A stretch of 64,000 bases of DNA from Calditrichia bacterium (GTDB taxonomy: Bacteria > Calditrichota > Calditrichia > RBG-13-44-9 > J075), in contig JBOEGD010000011.1 in NCBI GenBank assembly GCA_050633245.1, positions 492,985-556,984 on the forward strand, read 5' to 3'. Shown here piece after piece: positions 60,003 to 64,000 of this stretch. The first letter of the stretch is position 1. Each line of letters opens with the position of its first letter. Under the pieces are notes generated by a model. It was given only the letters and a program-made list of their open reading frames with translations. It had not been told where the DNA came from and did not search any database. Both the position numbers and the translations under genes were made by a program.

Positions 60003-60406
60003 ATGGCACGAACTAAAAGACACAGGCGAGGCAGAGTTGAGATTCCATCCTCATCGTTGGCAGACATCGCTTTTTTGCTGCTCATATTTTTTCTGGTCTG
60101 CACAACAATTAACACTGAAAGCGGATTACAGATGATCTTACCGGGAATGAATGAAGTCCCGTTCGCCCCAAGAACATTTGCAATATTCTGGTCAACGCAA
60201 AAGGTGATGTAATGTTCAAGGGCAAACCAGCTGATTCAAGATCACTTATTACGCTTGCACAGGAAGAACAGGCAACGAACGACAACGTTATTTTTTCGGT
60301 CAAAACTTCTCGTGGCACTCCCTACCAAATCTACATCGACGTTGTGGACGCGCTAAAAGAAGCGCGGGCAAAACGAATATCGATTGCCGATCCAGATGAC
60401 ATCTAA
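60003..60406 (+). pseudogene. exbD: ExbD/TolR protein interrupted by a single-base frameshift near 60158-60170
   Basis: Frame 1 gives SLADIAFLLLIFFLV (TM Asp); the -1 frame continues PKNICNILVNAKGDVMF...PYQIYIDVVDALKEA.AKRIS. Confidence 0.8.
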
Positions 60407-60407
60407 A

Positions 60408-60476
60408 GAATCGGGAATCGGGAATCGGGAATCGGGAATCGGGAATCGGGAATCGGGAATCGGGAATCGGGAATCG
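60408..60476. repeat. Heptanucleotide tandem repeat (GAATCGG) x about 10
   Basis: Nine perfect units plus GAATCG. Confidence 0.97.
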
Positions 60477-60573
60477 AAAAATAACAGGCGGCAGCGTAAA
60501 GACGGCAATTTTTCACCTGCCCCTTCACTTCTGACTTCTGTAGTTACACCTATAGTTAACCAATGGAGGTAAT

Positions 60574-60906
60574 ATGCAAACTAACAATCTGAAGACAAGG
60601 CTTATCATTCTATTATCCCTGCTCTTGCTCGTTATTCTGACAAGTGTAGAATTCGCCATGAAGACTACAAACGACTCGGTGCTGGTAGAGATTACAGTAT
60701 GCAAAAATGGCGATATTCTTTATGACACTACACCGGTAGAATTAAAAGAGCTGGAAGGGCTGATTAAAGCAGATCTAATTAAAATACCTGATATCATTTT
60801 TCATGTCAAGCGCTGGAAAGAGACCCCACAGGGAACATTTTTAGGCGTGCTAGACCAATTAAAGCTGGCAGGGGCAAAAAAAATTAGCGTGAGCAAAAAG
60901 CTTTGA
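60574..60906 (+). CDS. ExbD-like protein (divergent)
   Basis: N-terminal TM; ETPQG.F..VLDQLKLAGAKKIS; RBS GGAGG. Confidence 0.75.
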   Translation: MQTNNLKTRLIILLSLLLLVILTSVEFAMKTTNDSVLVEITVCKNGDILYDTTPVELKELEGLIKADLIKIPDIIFHVKRWKETPQGTFLGVLDQLKLAGAKKISVSKKL

Positions 60907-60986
60907 AAGGCAGTAGGCAGCAGATGAAGCGATGCTTCGCACCTCTAGGCTATTTAGTGAGAAACGACAGAGTCAGTGAGATTATT

Positions 60987-61035
<49 letters not shown>

Positions 61036-61078
61036 TTAAATCATAATTCATCAATCACCAATCATCACTGGAGAGCTC

Positions 61079-61720
61079 ATGTCACGATATGCAGCAGTAC
61101 ACAAAAATCCCGAAGCAGATATGGACAAGAAATCGAAACGCTGGATTGAGTGGTGTTTATTACTCGCCCTTAGTTTTGCAACATCGTTGTTTTTTGCATT
61201 TCAAAAATTTGAAAACGAAGTGACTATCGTTAAGAAAATTGATGCCCCTATCGATATCACCCATATTCCCCCGACAACGCAATATCAACCACCTCCACAG
61301 CCACCGAAACCCGTCTATGAACCAATCGCCTCGGATGACGATGATTTCCCGGAAGACATACCACTGGAATTCGACAACACAGACGCGAACATGTTCACAG
61401 AGGAATTACCGCCTCCACCGGAAGAGGAAGATCCCATTGTTCCGTTTCATGCATTGTCTAAACAGCCAAAGGAAATTCATCGTGTTAATCCTGTCTACCC
61501 GGAGCTGGCAAGAAAGGCAGAAATTGAAGGAACTGTTGTAATAAAGGTTCTGGTAAATACAAAAGGAGAGGTTGAAGAGGCTCTGATTTTAAAATCCATT
61601 ACGCTATTGGACAAGGCCGCACTCGATGCAGCAAAACAATTCCGTTTTTCGCCGGGCAAGCAGCGCAATCGTCTGGTAAAGGTCTGGGTCTCTATCCCAT
61701 TTAACTTCAAAATTCGATAA
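61079..61720 (+). CDS. tonB: Energy transducer TonB
   Basis: TM anchor, Pro-rich linker, PVYPELARKAEIEGTV...LDKAALDAA..FRF.PG...IPFNF. Confidence 0.92.
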   Translation: MSRYAAVHKNPEADMDKKSKRWIEWCLLLALSFATSLFFAFQKFENEVTIVKKIDAPIDITHIPPTTQYQPPPQPPKPVYEPIASDDDDFPEDIPLEFDNTDANMFTEELPPPPEEEDPIVPFHALSKQPKEIHRVNPVYPELARKAEIEGTVVIKVLVNTKGEVEEALILKSITLLDKAALDAAKQFRFSPGKQRNRLVKVWVSIPFNFKIR

Positions 61721-62030
61721 TGATTTTGCTGATGAAAAAATACTATTCTGTCCGCTTCTCATCAATAGTTCTAAACCGCAGGAAATTCATCGCGTAACGC
61801 CTGTTTATCCTGAGGAAGCAAAGAAGGCGGGTATCAGCGGAGTTGTCGTGGTTAAGGCTCTGATAGATTTGGAAGGGAATGTTGAAAAGACAGATATAAT
61901 GAAATCTGTTGCGGGTCTGGACAAAGCTGCAGCAAATGCAGCAAAACAGTTTAAGTTTATTCCGGCAGAACATAATGGAAAACCCATAAAAAGCCGGGTA
62001 TGCATACCCTTCAATTTTAAGCTAAAGTAG
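61680..62030 (+). pseudogene. Second TonB C-terminal domain lacking an in-frame start, +1 frame relative to tonB
   Basis: Open frame gives ...SKPQEIHRVTPVYPEEAKKAGISGVVVVKALID...LDKAAANAAKQFKFIPA...IPFNFKLK; the first GTG (61848) falls mid-domain. Confidence 0.75.
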
Positions 62031-62041
62031 CTTGGGAGGTA

Positions 62042-62077
62042 TCCCGGAGGTGATTCGCAGGGGAATTGCCTTCGGGA
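62042..62077. terminator. Hairpin between convergent genes
   Basis: TCCCGGAGGTGATTC/GAATTGCCTTCGGGA. Confidence 0.6.
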
Positions 62078-62085
62078 AAGCCGGT

Positions 62086-62637
62086 CTAAACCGGCACGTC
62101 CTGTAAAAGGTTCAACAATTTTTGCGTGCTACGCCAATTGCGGGATGTCGCCTGAACCTTTAGTTTCGACTCAAAGAAGTTGTTGGACAGCTTGGTACGC
62201 CCGTAACCGGACGGGCAACTTAAGTAGATTGTTTTACCCACCACTTTAATCGTTCCATTATCTCCATCAGGAACGGCCAATGCAGCGAGCTTTTCTTTTT
62301 CCGGCATCCGCCCCAGCAAGGTTACATATTTCATCTTCTCTTCGACAGGATCCACATTCATCAGCGGATGTTCCGTCGCAATTGACCGCCACTCAGGAAG
62401 CGTGAAGGTTTGAACAGGAACATCAAATCCATACGATTTCTTAATTGCGGCACTGATCTCAGCGGCAATCGTTTTTTCTCGGCTCTCTTCACAGGCAAAT
62501 ACGACATTTCCACTTTGGATATAGGTTTTTACGCTTTCTAAGCCAAGTGACTCATAAAGTACTTTCAAATCTGCCATCTTAATAATCTTCTGTCCACTAA
62601 CATTTACGCCTCTCAACAAAGACAATATTGCAATCAT
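62086..62637 (-). CDS. DUF1697 family protein
   Basis: LLRGVNVSG...IKMADL, VKTYIQSGNVVF, TSRNW. Confidence 0.9.
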   Translation of the reverse strand: MIAILSLLRGVNVSGQKIIKMADLKVLYESLGLESVKTYIQSGNVVFACEESREKTIAAEISAAIKKSYGFDVPVQTFTLPEWRSIATEHPLMNVDPVEEKMKYVTLLGRMPEKEKLAALAVPDGDNGTIKVVGKTIYLSCPSGYGRTKLSNNFFESKLKVQATSRNWRSTQKLLNLLQDVPV

Positions 62638-62661
62638 GTCAACACTCCCCTATTGCCTGAT

Positions 62662-63087
62662 TTATTTAGGCAGATCGTCAATTAATTTTGAGATATCGAG
62701 CGCAGCGATGGTGTTTTGCGTTTGCTCTGCGGCTTGCACAAGCGTCAGCTTATCTGCGAGCGCCTCCTGATAAATTTCAATAACGGCTTTCAAACAGGCC
62801 GATTTTACCGTTGCGGCTACCCGCAGGTCACGCGAATCTTCAATGCTTTGCTTTGCGACCTTCGGCTCACTTGATTTTTGCTCATTTTCCGGGCTCTCCA
62901 GGCCGCTATCACAATCGCGACAATCGACAATTTCGCCCATTTTATCATAGCGCGATTCACTGGAATAAATCCAGTTCATATTACTCCACGGTGGATCGTG
63001 CCGCATATGGCGCGAATGACCGCAATCCAGATCGACAATCCAATCCCCAGCTTCATCCTTGTGAAAACGAACTATTTTTCTTTCCAT
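62662..63087 (-). CDS. DUF3565 domain protein with C-terminal helical extension
   Basis: FHKDEAGDWIVDLDCGHSRHMRHDPPW...W...C..C. Confidence 0.8.
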   Translation of the reverse strand: MERKIVRFHKDEAGDWIVDLDCGHSRHMRHDPPWSNMNWIYSSESRYDKMGEIVDCRDCDSGLESPENEQKSSEPKVAKQSIEDSRDLRVAATVKSACLKAVIEIYQEALADKLTLVQAAEQTQNTIAALDISKLIDDLPK

Positions 63088-63240
63088 ACCGCTCCCCTTC
63101 TTATAGAACGTGCATCGGTCAAAAATCGCCCTACAAATTCCCTACAGATTCTTTTCGTATTAAAGAATCTAAAATAAGCTCATGTCCAATTGTATAAAAC
63201 AATTTTTCTTCTTGATTTTATTTGAAACCATTCATAAAAT

Positions 63241-63267
63241 CAAACGTTTGTTTCAAACAAGTGTTTC
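63241..63267. promoter_or_regulatory. Tandem PsrA-type TetR operators
   Basis: CAAAC-GTTT-GTTTC and CAAAC-AAGT-GTTTC, sharing one base, just before the RBS. Confidence 0.65.
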
Positions 63268-63280
63268 AACCGAGGAAAAC

Positions 63281-63934
63281 ATGACTGAATCGACGAGAGA
63301 AAAATTACTTCAGGTTGCAGAAAAGCTTATTGCACAAAATGGCATCGGCAAAACCTCCCTTCGGCAAATTGTGAAAGAAGCTGGTGCCAATATAGCAGCT
63401 GTAAACTATCACTTCGGCAGCAAAGACGACCTGATGGTGGCTGTGTATGAACAGCACTTCACACCGGTTAACAATGAACGAATCCGGCGCCTGGATCTTC
63501 TGGAAGATGATTCAGATGGCCAGCCCGTAGCTCTGGAAAAGCTGCTGGATGCCTTTATGATGCCGGTGTTTGAAGGAAAGCTCAAAGACCCCACCGAACG
63601 TGCACACAACCTTCAACTTTTCTCACGTATCCACACCGAGACTCCGGAACTTCGCATGAAAATCCTTAACTCGTTCTCGGATGTATTAATGCGCTTCGTT
63701 GAAGCGTTTCAAAAAACGCTCCCTGAACACACTGTTTCAGAAATCTTTTTGCGAATGAAGTGCAGTATGGGAATTCTTATGACGCTTGCAATGGAGCTCC
63801 CTGAACTCTCCAGGCTTGCAAATTCGGACGAACATAAGCTGGACTCAGAGCAACTACCAGCCACACTAATTTCTTTTGCTGCTGCAGGCTTCCGTGCTAA
63901 AGCCGCCCCAAAACCAAATCAAGGAGACACTTAA
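63281..63934 (+). CDS. TetR/AcrR family regulator (PsrA-like)
   Basis: TREKLLQVAEKL, TSLRQI..EAGANIAAVNYHFGSK, C-terminal FAAAGF; ATG 63281 after GAGG. Confidence 0.92.
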   Translation: MTESTREKLLQVAEKLIAQNGIGKTSLRQIVKEAGANIAAVNYHFGSKDDLMVAVYEQHFTPVNNERIRRLDLLEDDSDGQPVALEKLLDAFMMPVFEGKLKDPTERAHNLQLFSRIHTETPELRMKILNSFSDVLMRFVEAFQKTLPEHTVSEIFLRMKCSMGILMTLAMELPELSRLANSDEHKLDSEQLPATLISFAAAGFRAKAAPKPNQGDT

Positions 63935-64000
63935 TGAGATGGCTTTTCCTATGGGTCGTCGTAATCTTGTTTACTTCAGGTTGCGCGTCCAACAAACCAT
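63934..64000 (+). CDS. Lipoprotein N-terminus (truncated by the window edge)
   Basis: TAATG coupling; MRWLFLWVVVILFTSGCASNKP with lipobox TSGC. Confidence 0.7.
   Translation, partial: MRWLFLWVVVILFTSGCASNKP

Noticed and set aside
60384-60572. ORF with ESGIGNR repeats
   Set aside because: It is the translation of the GAATCGG tandem repeat.

Overview
A roughly 45% GC bacterial chromosome segment. The many signal-peptide proteins ending in a 'QNYPNPFNP...W.G.d..G..v.SG.Y.Y.l' C-terminal domain suggest an FCB-related lineage such as Calditrichota or KSB1 (inference). From left to right: (1) an alginate/uronate utilisation locus (TonB-dependent receptor running off the left edge, TRAP DctPQM, KdgF cupin, SDR, PL17-type lyase, KduI, FadR/GntR regulator with candidate operators); (2) eight secreted CTD-bearing proteins spread across the window (acidic Ig-repeat protein, esterase, V8-like protease, GH85, two BNR proteins, M28 peptidase, DUF5666-repeat protein); (3) AzlCD, a CPBP protease, and a stand-alone RtcB followed by a structured repeat-rich spacer; (4) a pullulanase/DUF3667/MFS-zf-UBP operon; (5) an ECF sigma factor with a cupin anti-sigma; (6) a DUF547-beta-barrel fusion next to a single-POTRA Omp85; (7) a KinB/AlgB-like two-component system ahead of a sigma54-type exbB-exbD-exbD-tonB-tonB' operon with two reading-frame breaks and heptamer tandem repeats; (8) a PsrA-like TetR regulator. 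I recognised no rRNA, tRNA, CRISPR array, transposase or prophage gene. All family calls come from reading motifs by eye, not from database searches.
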